Origin: Auanema rhodensis
Lineage: Eukaryota; Animalia; Nematoda
Reading direction: 5' to 3'
Assembly (NCBI GenBank): GCA_964057225.1
Contig: OZ059896.1
Location: 17,980,001 to 18,044,000 of the forward strand
Length of the DNA: 64,000 nt
Part shown: positions 14,566 through 28,300 of the stretch, in pieces
How the letters are laid out: every line of letters begins with the position of its first letter
How positions within the stretch are numbered: the stretch's first letter is position 1
The notes under the pieces: generated by a model
Seen by the model: the letters and a program-made list of their open reading frames with translations, nothing else
Databases searched by the model: none
What the model was told of the DNA's origin: nothing
Translations under genes and position numbers: made by a program

Positions 14566-16026
14566 TGTTGTGAATGAAAAGTCAGATGACGAAGATCAGA
14601 AATACGAACGTAGGCGTCCAAAAGAGATTTGTAACAAGTAAAATCAGAGGAGAACGACGAGGTAGAAGAGGTCGGCAACTAAACTCCAAAAATGATCGTT
14701 GTGTTCCTCTAGTGTGCCCCTTTTCTACTCCTCCTATCAACCGGTCTCCTCCTCATCTTTATTTCCATTCTCTTCTCTTCTTGTTAGCACAATTGGGCGA
14801 AAATGTTACACTCTGTCGACCATACAATAGCCACAAGCTATTTAGATCACAAACATAAAGCATTTGTGAAAATTATATCTACAAAAAGAGAAAAAGAGAA
14901 AAAGAAAATAGTTAAGATGGCAAACTATTTCACGCAAGGTCATCCCTATCATCCTATTGTTTCGACCATCATCACCATAACACACACGCAGATAGACACT
15001 CGCCCAACCCCACACCCCTAATGTACTACTTTGTCCCTGCCATGCCGTGGGGCATCTGAATCTGTTACTGCTTTTGTCGGGCATATAGACACAATTACTT
15101 CGGCCACCGCAAGAACTGCTTACAAGGACGTCTGGGCAAGCTAGCATATATGTGTGAAAATGCTTGCATAAAGTCAGACACGTCGTTCGGACCACGACAT
15201 ACATAAATTCTGAAGCTGACGCTAATTACCCCGAAACAATGTCTTTAAACAAAGCATGACATAGCAACGAAAGATAGAGAGAAATTAAAAGATGTAAGAA
15301 GAGAATTATAGAGAAAGAAAAAAAATAAATTAAGAGATTTATTATGTATAGTTCCATTGACAGTAAGTTTCATTATCAAGTGACCTTCTAAGCTAATTTC
15401 AAAAAAAATCTTTTCTCGTAAAAGCTTTTAAAGTCTTTTAACTACTTTATGAACGATTTGATTGAAGATGAGTAAGTTGAGAGTCAAATAGGAACAAAAG
15501 GCATTTGACGTCATAAGGAAAAGTATAATTGGAGGTTAAAACTGGTCGTCAAAACATCTGTGATGACTAATGCATTCTATTCTTGAGACTTAGGAATTGT
15601 TTTTTCTGTACCTTAAAAGGTATTTGATAACAAACATTTCAACTTTTCAATTTCTTCAGAACCAATATGCATGTTCGGCTTTCATACATAATTTCCTCAT
15701 AGAAGTCTCGAGTTCAATAACCCGGAAAGACGTAACAACTTACATTCATAGCGATGACTTATCACAATTTTGTAGAAGTGAAAGTTCACAAACAATCTAT
15801 GAGATTTTGTAAAAATCTTCTGAATATAAAATTTTCTATTGAACTTCAATATTTTTAAAAATTTATTTTACACACATGTAACATAAAATATTGAGTAGAA
15901 AGGGAAAAGAAAAGTAGATAGTAATATGACCTGTTCACCTAAGATAAGTTTCAACTTTAATTTCTTGTTTTCTTTAATTTTAATTGTTTTAATAAAATCA
16001 AGTGATATCTTCTTTACAGTTAAACA

Positions 16027-19000
16027 CTAACATGTATAAAGACTTGCAGCAAAAACAATATCCCTCTTAATAGCTGATGAAGCTAATTCCATTTTCTCAT
16101 ATAAATCTTGGTCTCCTACGATTCGAGCAGCATTTCTGAAAATTTAAAAACTTCACTTTTCTCGGACCTAATCGACCAGGGATTACTTTACAGAATAAAT
16201 TATTTTCAAAAAAACAAATTAAAAAAAAAAGAAAAATATGGGCAACATTACAAGACAGAAAAACATACCTAACATCTTTGCATAATTCACTCAATCGTTG
16301 GATACAACGAACAATCAAACCTTCTTGACACTGTGTTTTTTCCATAATTTCAGAAAATGGCTGTTAAATACATATATTTTTTTTGAAAACATTTAAAACA
16401 AACCTTGCCCAGAGCCCAATCATATACAATCGGCATCAAATCGAATCGTATTTCATCACCAACTTCAACTATTTGAACTTTTAGTTGTGCAGATGTTAAG
16501 TCTAATCGTTTAGAAACAGATAGCACATCATTTTTCAACTATTAGGCGAAAAAACTAGAACTTCACAAGAAAAAGCATTACCTCTTCAAACATTTTTCCT
16601 TCTGGTGTGGCTGTATCAAACTTGACACCATCTCCATTTTTGTATTGGCAAGTAAAAGCTGACAGCAAGGCAGCAACTTCAGCTGGAGTACGATCATGCA
16701 ACTTATTTTCAAGTAAAAGCTCAGCAACAAGTATTTCCTTGAAAAGTAGTTCTAGTGAATAAAGTCTAATTTAGAGGATTCTACCTGATAATGAATTTCG
16801 CAGGCTACCCGTCCTTTAAAGGTAACCATATTGTCTTTTCCGACATATCCTAGTGTGGTCAGCATCTAATATCAATTATATATTTTCTCAAAAACTATTA
16901 AAGCTCCACCTTCATGCGATCCTTATATTCATCACTAAGAAGCAAAGCGCCTGCTGAGAGTTCGAATTGCAGACGACTAATTTGGCTAGTTAAATCAACT
17001 CTTTCCAAAACAATTTCAATCTGAAATTTGCTAAATTCAGACTAAATATAAATAAAAACACTTATTACGTGATCTAACAATTCAGCACAGTGTTTAGCCG
17101 TATAAATAGTTGGATTAAGTAAATTATCTCTGAGGAATTTGACAGTTGTAGGCAATTCCAAATACTCCAAATTCACATAGCTGACTTCATTTTCTGGTTC
17201 GATAGTCTAACATAGTATATATTGAAGTAGTGAAAGAATTTTGTACAAAAGAAGAAGACTATAAGATAGAAAGCAAAACAGGGAGAAAGAACAAGACGTA
17301 GAGTGAGATATATAGAGAAAAAGAGAGTCATTGCGGTAATAAGTAATAGGTACAAACCTCAAAAGACGTCGATGCCCATTCATTTGCCAAGGAATTAATT
17401 TGTTGAAGAATTTTAACAATACTATGAGGTATTTCAGAAGACCTGTAACAATCATGATCCGTATTCTGTCTGTCAGGTAGGTAGATAGTTAAAAGCGATG
17501 TTGAGCGTATAATGAGGATGAGGAATAGGTGGAAAGAAGGATCGGCGAAACAATTACCACTTATAGGTCACTTGGTCAAACTCTTTTCCTCACTCACTCA
17601 CTTCTTTGGTCCGAATCGTGTCTATTTCTTAAAGTTACTCTAAGTCACTAAAACATTTCAAAATTTTCAACACATGCCGCAACTTCGACTATTTTTTCTA
17701 TTTTCACAAATAATTTTATTTATTTCCTTTCAAGGTCAGCTATAGTTTATATTTAGTTCATCCTATCAGCATATAAACCTCATTTTCTTATTTTAGTCAG
17801 TGCTGAGATAAATGTTTCTTCCGAATTAAACTGTGATTTTTCCTCACTATGTATGTGGAGGAATTCAACAGATGATTCGGGAGATTGGATTTTATCATCC
17901 CATGTCGACATTGATAACTCTAGAAGTATCATACCCATGAGAGAAGGAGATAGTTTGAGTTTACTCGAAAAATTCCTGTTTATTTATGAAATTCAGATGA
18001 ACCATTTGCCTATAGTGCAGGACTCATGGGTCGAACTCAGGCTATTTTGGTATCTGATGTTATTAGCTGTCAATTAGGTAATGGCTTTTCTCTATCGTAT
18101 CTCTATGAAACTTGAAGGTCTTTAGGAGGAGCGAATATCAAATATTGGTATTACCAAACAGGAATGCAATCACAACTGGAATTATGCATTCGTCAGCCAC
18201 CAGGAAGCAGGGACCCTGTGTCATTACAGTACGTGAAAAAAGAATTTCTGTTTAATTGAATTTTTCGAAATTCAGATGCTATGATGGAGTTTCTTCTACA
18301 CATGGTAACCAATGGATCTTTCGTGTCATCGAATTGCCACCTATTAGTCAACCATTTGAGGTTTCCAATACTTTCACAGTGTATAATAAGTTTTCATTTG
18401 AAGATAATCTTTCGAGCAACATATTACCCACCAACTGATATCATTGCTCTTGATGACATCATCTTCGAAGCAGCTTTATGCGGTTAGTATATCTTAAAAG
18501 TTGACACATCCTGAACTCACAAACTCACCAAAAGATCTGCTCAGGAATGAGCTTCTTTCTTATTCTTCTCCCAATTTTTCGAGTTTTTTTTCAAATTATA
18601 TTTCCTGAGCAGATCTTTTTCAGCTTTTGGGCAAAAAAAAAATGGACGAAGACGACATGTACGATCCACATCATCAGCATCACCTCCATTGATTGGATAC
18701 AATGACTGGCAATTACTTCGTGAATCCGAACATTTCAAAGGACAGACTATGCTCATTGTTTCACAAAATATGATGCAAGCAGAGAAGCCTATGAATCAAG
18801 AGATACCTAGTACAACAATTTCGGCTCCATTCACGTCTACACCTGCAACAATAACTACTTTTCCCAATCCGTTAGAAGCAATGTTTATTACAACGACAAC
18901 AACGACAACAACAACGGCCACTCTTGAGACAAGTTCAGAAACGATCATCAAATCAAGTACAATGATTGATCCTACAACTGTATCTTCTGGAGAAGAATCC

Positions 19001-22000
19001 AATAGCACATTGGAAAATACTGAAACATCTGTGGCACCGATAGTTCCCGAGCCAAATTTGCCGAAGGTTGATCCATTCGAGAACTTTGTGAAATTTCTTC
19101 ATCAAACTGCTCCTGTTCTACCGTACATTCCTGTGCTAGTCCGATCCTTACAGTCATCCATCGATTCCAGCAGGTTAGATCCTCCAATCGGAACAATAGT
19201 TAACGGAGTTCGCACTGCTAGTATGGTCAATCCAATTCCTGTATCTGCATCTCATTTCTATAACACGGAGCCACTACCTCCTCTTCCAATTCCTCCTTCT
19301 CAAACAGGAACAAACGACAATTTTTTGGTAGATATGGCAAAGAAATTCAACTTTGGGGAAGAAGAAAGCGTGATCAAACCTCAGTCCAGAAGACTGCCAG
19401 CAATAGCTCCTTTATCGGCAACCGAAAATTCTTTTGGAATGATAGCAACAACTTTAAGACCAATTTCCATAACCCCAACTATATATCCTGTTAAGCTTTT
19501 AAGGCAGAGGAAGTACGAGGAAAAGATACCCACATCAGAAAGCAATATTGATATGTCAAAGCTGAATACTAACGATATTAAAAAATTGTCTGAAATCCAC
19601 AACAAGCTGTTCGCCAAGAATGGCATGCAGTTCAGTACACCAATGCCTTTCCCTCAAACAACAACTCAGCTTATTGTTTTCCAAAAACCAACAAAAACGG
19701 AATCAGATGTAGCTAATAAGCTCACTGAATTAGCTAACATGCTACCTGATGGCGCATTGAGTGAGTTGACAGCGCTGAAAGATATTCCTGATTTGGAAGG
19801 CTTAACACGAGGAATGGATCTAAGTTTAATTAGAAAACCGGGAGGATTCATGACGCTCAAACAGCAATTCATAGATCGCCTAATGAGAAGAACAATGGGA
19901 TTGCCACTAGAAGATGCTTCTTTGTCTCGAAATGCTTTACCTCCACCTATTGTACCTTTTAAAGTTACAAAGAAAATGATGAGAGATAGAGCGCGAGCTC
20001 TGCGAAAACGAAAACTCCTCTAAATTTGCCAAAATATCTAGAGACCATTGTTACATGTAAAAAGTATAAATAAACTATAGCTCAATTCATGTTATTGATT
20101 ATTTGCATGATAATATATTTATATGGCATCAATTTAATTTAGAAATCAAAGCTCAAGGCGGTAATGAAGGTGGTGGAGGAACTTTTGGAGATACTCCTGT
20201 TGCACAACCACGTCTGCTTGAATTTGGAAAAGGAAATGGTTAGTATTGTCTAATTTCGCATTGATAATGGATATTACAATATAGAAATTGCATTAAACAA
20301 CGATAATATAAACCATAAGTGGGATAGTCGACGAGTTGTTCAAGATCCAGGTCATCGCCCTGTAAACTATGCTGCTCCGACATTTGAAGAAACAACTACG
20401 ATACAACCTTCACCCAGAATTGGACCACATTTCAATCCTATGTGTCCATCGTTGGATTGTGTGTTTGATCAGCAGGTTGGTTAAATTTTTCAACAGGAGA
20501 TGACCTAACAAACTTACACTGATAGACACTCTGCAATTACGTAACCAGTGAAAGTAGTAATCAAAACGCTACACTACGTAGCTGGATACTGTCTGATCGC
20601 GGTATTCTGAATTCTGTGACAGGTATTCCACACGATTTAAGTAGAAGTAAGAGTAATATACATTTCTTGATTGAAATATCAATTCAATATAGATGGTACA
20701 TTCATATACTCTGGAGGAACAAAAGTATCTTATGATGAAGTTTTCATATTATCCACGAAAGAGCCAATAAGTATTCAAGAAGAAGGCCGTTTAGATTTCT
20801 TTGTTTATATGGCTGGAATACATGGTCGATTACGCATTTGTATTAATACATTATCCTTGTGTCCTTTAACATTAGAAGGGAAAGATATTGATATTAATGC
20901 TCGCCAATGGAAAAGTCACCATATCCTCATAAGCCCTGGAACTCATGCAGTAAGCTCTGCTTTCACATAAAGTTGGGGAAAATAACCCAAAATTATGCAT
21001 TCAGATTCATTTTGTCGCCGATAGATTGAAAGAAAACTACTCAGTTGGATTGGACAGTATTCAATTACTCAATAAATTTGGAACAACATCGCTCGCATGT
21101 TGATACCTCTATTCCGGTTATGATATGATTTAAATATATTTTTTAATAAAGAATAGTTTGAAGTAACTAACCTGAAGCGTACTTGTGAACGAAGCTTAGC
21201 TTCTTCTATGATTTCATTAGCATTTATTTTAAAATGTTTCTTTGGCACACATACAATATCATCTAAAGTGATATCGTCAATCACTTTGAAGCACCCTCTT
21301 CCTAGATCATTATTTCCTATCCCATCTAAACCGTATTTACATATTCCTCTGACTCTGTGACATTCGTATGTCCAAGAAGAATTCTAAAACTTTCGAAATT
21401 TTTGGAAATAAAAATAAAGTAATTATGCCTCAGAAGGTTTAGGTTGAACAAAGTTATAAGCGTAGTTTTCATCGCAAGACACAAGAACTGAGTATTTCTT
21501 AGAATCACCAGAGGTAGAATCCTAAAAATAAAGTGACCTTCGTACCTTAATATAAAGCTTAAAAACCTTTAACAAAACAGCAATTTGATGATCCAATTTC
21601 CGGTCAGGATTGGATAGAACTAGTATCCGGCCTGATTGAAACACAATTGAACCTTGCTTAGTTTCTAAATTTAACGAAAATTTATATGCATAAAATATCT
21701 ATTCGTCTTCTGACTTATAAATTCTTTCCATATATCCTTCCTAACTGATAAATATTCAGAAATAGTTTTATAATAATCAGCTAGATTATCAGCACATAAT
21801 GAACAATTCAATTCACGTTTAAATTTAAGTTCTTCGACAGCCTGAAAACAATAAACTTGAATTAGAAAACTAAATGAAAATGCTCACGTTCTTAAGATCA
21901 TATTGCTTTTTCTTTTGTTCTCGAAGAGATGTTCGTTCAGCAAACGATCTTTGTAACATTTGCTCAATGTGTAAATGCTCTACACGAAGAAGGTTCAGTA

Positions 22001-25000
22001 GCATAGAATAGGTAACCCTGAATTTCGATTCAAGTGGTAATGATTTTCCCTTAAAAAAGTTTTTATTTTTCATTTTCTTTCTTCAGTTACCATCATAATA
22101 CTCTGATAATATCCGGAATCGTGTAATTTCTCTTCCTTAGCTAGAATAATTACTGTACCGGTGGAATCAAGACCACGGCGTCCAGCGCGTCCAGCCATCT
22201 TTAGTCCAATAATTAAAAATGAAACTTATAAAAATAGAAACTTGAATATATTCTCCTGGATTTAGAGGTCGTTTGCTTGTACCATCATGCTTTTCAACTG
22301 TATCGAATATAACAGATCTAGCTGGCATATTTACACCCATTGCAAATGTTTCTGTGGCGAAAAGAATCTAAAAAAAGTTAAAAGAAAAAAAAGAAACAGC
22401 TATTATTCACCTTAACATAACCCTTTTGGAATAATAACTCTACAACTTCTTTAAGAATCGGAAGAATACCACTATGATGTACAGCAAAACCTCTAATACA
22501 TAACTCTCTCATGATCAAAACCTAGAAAATTTACGAATATTCGAAAGCCGAAACTGATACAACTTGCTTGTGGTAACTCCTTATCAGACCCCTGCAAGCG
22601 ATTTATGCAATCCAAAAAGAAGTGTTTTATATGTCCTTTTTCTACATTGGTTGTCAAATCTAATGAAGATATTAATTGAGCAATATCGTCACACTTCTTT
22701 CTGGAGAACACAAAAACGACCATTGGCAACAGTTCCTTGGATTTCAGAAAATTGATGAGATTGATATAAATGTTCTTGTCATTATTGCCACGTTTGTATC
22801 CACCGCCACCGCCACCACCGCGGTTCCCATATCCACCTCCACCGCCACCACCGCGGTTTCCATATCCACCTCCACCGCCACCACCGCGGTTTCCATATCC
22901 ACCTCCACCGCCACCACCGCGGTTTCCATATCCACCTCCACCTCCACCACCACGGTTTCCATATCCACCTCCACCACGGTTTCCAACTGTTCCTCCTTGG
23001 TTGTTCTGATCAGACATTAACGGTTTCCTCATTGTTTCCTAAAGTATGTAATTTTATAATATCGAGGTAAATTAAACCACCTTAGATACAACTGCAGCTT
23101 TGTATGCAGCATTGTTCCACGCACCATCATGATCAATCAACTTGAATATATCAGTTTTACCTTTTCCTAACGATCCTGTATAAATCCAGTGTTCAAGAGG
23201 TACGGGTCGTTTTAAAGTGCTGACTACCGTAATCTGTCTTTTCTTAATTCGTCTAAAAATTAGAAAATATGGTTAAAGCCCCTTAAAAGGATAAATACTC
23301 ACCCTACCCAGTCAGCGAACTCTTCGTAATTGGGTACAGTAGCAGATAACATGACAATCTTCACATGAGCTGGAAGCATAATTAGGACCTACAAATAGAA
23401 CCTTTAATCAGTTGAACTGAACCGTTTAAAGTTACCTCTTCCCAAACATGTCCTCTTTCTACATTATTGATGTAATGCACTTCATCGAATATTACCCATT
23501 CCAAGTCTCGAACGGTTTCGGAACCGTTATACAACATCGATCTGGAACAGCTTACCATAACTGACTTGATAAAACTCATTATACCTCAAAATTTCAGTTG
23601 TCATAATTAAGCAAAAAGCTTCCGGATTTAACTGAATATCTCCAGTGACAAGACCTACATCATCAAAACAAAGCTTGAAATCCCGATATTTTTGATTAGA
23701 AAGAGCTTTGATTGGTGAAGTGTAAATAGCTCTAAAAACAAATTGAAATACGAAACTATACAGAATCAAACTTTACCTAGTCTTATGAGCTTTACAGAGA
23801 GCGATCGCATACTCAGCTACAACTGTTTTACCAGCAGAAGTATGTGCAGCAACAAACAGTGAATTACCTTCTTCCATGGATATTACAGATGCTTGTTGAA
23901 AAGGGTCCAATTTGAACGGATACTAAAAACATAAGTTAGAATCAATAATATGATTTTTGATATACGTTCTTAGCCATTCGATTTTCAATATCACGAAAAG
24001 CTGGTAGGTCCGACGTTGCATTCATAACTTTTATGAACTCATGAGTACTTCTCTTTTCTTGAAATCCGTCTAATTTTATATCCAATACTGGTAGATTATC
24101 AATTTCTTGCGAACTTTCTTGATCATCCAGCTCTTGATCAAGAACCTCGATCTTGACTTCTTCGCGAATTTTCTTTTCAGATTCAGATTTTAAGTTATCA
24201 TTAATCTTAGTTGTATGAACTGGAAATGTTTAAAAAATGAAATGAACCACAGATACAACAAACCGTCGCCAACCATATCCATAAGCTCAAAAATATCTAA
24301 ATCCTCTAACCGACTCAAAGTGTCAGAAATGACTACATCTTGTTTTTCCGGGTTTTTAGGAATAACCATGCCCTGATCCCATTCAGGAGGAATGTGAAGT
24401 AGTTCTCCTATATGATTTATAATATCATTACTATATATACATGTGTAGCAATAAGAAGTAGTATAATATGTATGTTTAAAAATGGCTTAAATGTTTTACC
24501 TCCATCTAGGTATTGTAGTTCTTCTGTTCCAGCCTCATTCTCCATAGAAGAGAGCAAATTTTCCAAATCTTCTTCAAATCCTCCTGTAGCAATAAATTCT
24601 ATTGAATATCACAAGTATATATATATTTATAACCTGGGAAAAATGGTATATTTGATGCACTACCGCGAGTAGAGTTGGCAGCATAGCTATCTGGTAGCCT
24701 GTGAATAAAGGTAAAGGCAAAAATGGATGAGTGATTAACCTATTAAGCGACATTGAGTTTGAAGCAGTAGCCATATTTTCAGCATCTAATATATACTCAG
24801 CAAAATCCTGGATATATAGTTACATAATTAGAGAGGATTCTACCGTGATACCTCAATATCTCCAGATTCATCCAAAACAGGACGAACCATGAACGGTGAT
24901 TCACATGGTATCAACAGTTCTTCGTATAAATTTTCAAGATCTGGTTCAATATCATTGTGATTCAAACTGTATATAACAGAATTAGAGTTATAATTCATGT

Positions 25001-25110
25001 ATGGCCCACTTATAAGTATTTTTAAAAGAATAAGTTTCTGTTTTATTCGAGAGTTCCTCAATAATGGCAGCTCGTAAAGTATTTTCAACTACACCAATAT
25101 CACCGTCCAT
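16027..25110 (-). CDS. skih-2: Ski2/SKIV2L DExH RNA helicase (SKI complex)
   Basis: [74 protein letters not shown]-terminal [12 protein letters not shown]. It has an RG-rich insertion typical of Ski2 rather than Mtr4. Confidence 0.92.
17674..21103 (+). CDS. Secreted MAM-like domain protein with a central T/P-rich mucin-like region, nested antisense in a skih-2 intron
   Basis: Signal peptide [20 protein letters not shown]; MAM-like motifs [13 protein letters not shown]...IIALDDI and LDCVFDQ...VGLDSIQL; large exon from 18624; stop 21101-21103; AATAAA at 21145. The junction between ~19960 and 20142 is uncertain. Confidence 0.75.
18530..18619. repeat. Perfect 18-bp inverted repeat with a 54-nt spacer
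   Basis: AAAAGATCTGCTCAGGAA (18530-18547) is the exact reverse complement of TTCCTGAGCAGATCTTTT (18602-18619). Confidence 0.9.
22795..22987 (-). repeat. 33-bp coding tandem repeat encoding ([11 protein letters not shown])n in skih-2
   Basis: About five near-identical units plus a shorter one; translation [21 protein letters not shown]...[10 protein letters not shown]. Confidence 0.95.
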
Positions 25111-25354
25111 CCTGTACCCAAAACTTTTATTCTAAAGAATACAATTTGAGAAAATTTCGGACTATTGACCATTTAAAAAAATGATAACTTTAAAAAATAT
25201 AAAAAATAATTTAGTATGCATAAGTCACAACACATTAAATTTAACATTGATCACAGATAGAATAGATCGAGTTCAACAACAGTAAAAGAATTGAATGAAA
25301 TTAACTTAATGAATAAAAAATATTCTTTTGGTATAATAAGGTCAAGTTCTGAAA

Positions 25355-28300
25355 TCAGAACATATCACCCAACAAAAAGTTCAGCACACGATCGATGGCA
25401 AAACAGGCGAATAAATCGAAAGATACGCAATAGACTAGTTTGTCCCGAAGCTAAAACCAATATAAATAAAGATTCTAATAACAAAAAATGGTCTTACCTG
25501 CTCAGGAAGAGTAACAAGCTCAAACTGATTCATCATATCATCAGAAGCACCAAAAGCTAATGAGAACACTGCGAAACCGGAGAACATAATACTGTAGAGC
25601 ATGGCTTTATTTTCCCACAAAGACTCCATAAATGGTCTGCCCTAACATAAGAAAATGAGTTAAATTTGGCCATAGTTAGAAAATATCCGTACCCTATAAT
25701 TCACAGCAAAAGTGCAAACTTGTAGAGCCATAGAAATAATATAGACGGTAGTATTGAGAATATTAGGGGTAAACTTAGCTTCCAGATCAACTGGTTCGGA
25801 GCTAGAAAAAAAAGAATTTCCAAAAATAATATAATGAAAGTAATTACATTGTTACAGATTGCTTAGATTCAGCAACCATATACAGCAAGCAACCAAAATG
25901 AACAACAAATTGAAGACTAACAGTAAGCAAGGTATATGCATTGAAAATATTAGCCATAGGTCGTTGTTTTGAGAGAGTTTTCAAAGGCTGAATAATATTA
26001 TATGTATATATTTGTAAATATAAAAAGTTCATGATTTGATACCTTAGATCTGGAAACAAAAAGGAAACAAGCAGCAAGAAGAAGTCCTTGAATAGTAGCT
26101 TGAGTATCACTAAATTTGACCTAAACAATTGTTTTAATAATGATGAGGAGGTTTCTAAATTTATACCCCATCTAAGTAAAGTACTGAGAGAGAATATGCT
26201 GAAACTAAAGCGTTCAATGCCAAAATTTTGAACATTTGAAGTGTTGTGACAAGAGTACATCTTCCTTGCTTGATAACATGGCAAACTAAACAACTATGGT
26301 AAGTACTTCAATTGAAATGTGATTTTACTTGAAGCAATGCTAGTGTATTTGGAAGTAAATGGAGCAGCAATAGAGGCATCTCCAAGTTTAACCACCTTAA
26401 ACACACAACTTAATTAATGATTTTCGGATTGAAAACATACTGCTGCTTTTTCTTCTTCTTCCAACTCCTTCATCATCTGATCAAGCTTCTTCTGAGCATT
26501 CGAAATAGATGCGGGTGCAGGTCTAGAATACGTGGTAATAACACTGCCTATACACTTTATCCAACCTTCCAACACGGTTAGGAACGGGATCCCCTCTTCT
26601 CATAACACCAGGTGGTACTCCAGGAGGAGTTGGCCCCCCAGTAGCAACTTCGCGCATCAATCGCTTGGCCTCATCGAGTTTAGCTAACTTCTCCTTCTCT
26701 TTCTGTTCAGCTTTAGTGGCATCATATGGATGAGATAACAGAGCAACACCTATAACATCACAATATTAAGATAAACAAGAGATAATACATACCAACATTA
26801 GAGTGTTTTAACGCTCCAACATCATTTGTACCATCTCCGCACATAAGAGTCACATGACCGAGAGATTTCAATTCATTAATAACACGTTCCTAAACAGTTG
26901 AAACATATCTTGAACAATTGAAAAATTTAGCAAACCTTTTGCTTAGGTGCCATTCTAGCGAAAACACGGATATGGGGAAGGATTTTCTTCAAAAACTTCA
27001 TGTTGTTATTCAATAAATAAGCAAATGCCTAAACAGAGTTAAAAACAATTAACAATAGTAATTCAAATGTTCACCGTTCCAGTAACACAAAATTCAAATT
27101 CCTTAATAAATTTCTTCAACTCTTTGCCTTCTGGAACCGCAGGAAGACTTACAGACTCGTCGACAGCCTTAAAACATGAAATCAAACAAAAATTACTTCA
27201 ACCCTTCAAACCTTCCATTCCCAATTATCTCCACTGGCAGGTTCATCAAGAACTAAAGTTTTCAACTTTTTACTGGTGAATTTCAGAACTTTAGCAACAT
27301 GGCAAGCGGTTAATGGGTTGTCTCCAGTAATAATTACAACCTATAAGATAATTATGCTATGTATGTTTAAAATTTTAAAAAACTTTATGAGAGCTTTCGA
27401 TGATTTCTTTGATCATAGCTTTGGTATCAGGCTTGAGGGGGCATGAAATGACAACAAATCCAACGAACTTCAACCCTACTTCAAAGAACTCGCGATTTTT
27501 ATCACGAATCTATAAAAGTTACGCATTTAGAGATGACGAGATTAACTAGAACATACTTCATTAGGTTTCATGGAACCTAACTCTCTTATGCCCATAGCTA
27601 AAACTCGAGAACCTTGGCGAGAAAGGGTTGTGTAAAGATCGTCATAGTCAGATGGAAGCTCAGCAAACTAAATATAATTATATCTATAAATTTCAGTGCA
27701 CGGTATACCATAGAGCGAAGAGTCTCTGGTGCGCCTTTTACGCAAGCAATCATTTGAGAATCCTGGGTTGCTTGATTTTGATATCCCGCAATTACTGTCA
27801 TGCGCTTCATGGCAGAAGAAAAATGATATCTGTGGAAAATCTTTACTCCAGCTTGTTTAGAAGTCTTTGGTGGCATAACAGCATCAGCTTTAGTAACAGT
27901 CCAGTCACACCACGAGAGGCAAGCTTTTTCAAGAGGATCTCCGACAAGACCATCATCGAACTTAACCAAACTATGGCAACTAGCCAAAACCTGAATAGCT
28001 TCGGACGAGGCATCTGTTGCTGTCTTTATCATTCCCTTCTCGGGATCAGTACTAAAAAAGAAATTTTATCAAATATATTTTTAAACGGAATACCTGACAG
28101 CGATACCCTCAACGATGAGACTATCAGTAGTTAAAGTTCCGGTCTTATCGAAACAACATATATCAATCTTTCCGGCAAATGGAATTCGGAATGGTTCGGT
28201 ACAAAATACACCAAGCTTTTGCAAAGCAATCAAAGAGTTATTAACAGCCAAAGAAAGCTCAATAGGCAGTTCGGGAGGAATAACGCTTGTCAAAATCAAA

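Noticed and set aside
15127-15185. Loose hairpin that might be a pre-miRNA
   Set aside because: Large asymmetric bulges and no recognisable mature miRNA.
17173-17210. Apparent premature stop in skih-2 after the large intron
   Set aside because: Resolved by an intervening exon (17442-17358) that restores the frame; the gene looks intact.
17557-17569. ACCACTTATAGGT shared with ~55937
   Set aside because: The second copy is within the 7TM gene; a single 13-mer match is expected by chance in 64 kb.
22676-23020. Pro-rich and Thr-rich ORFs on + and a [13 protein letters not shown] on -
   Set aside because: They are shadow frames of the 33-bp Gly repeat in skih-2. The array is also not CRISPR-like: there are no unique spacers and it is coding, eukaryotic DNA.
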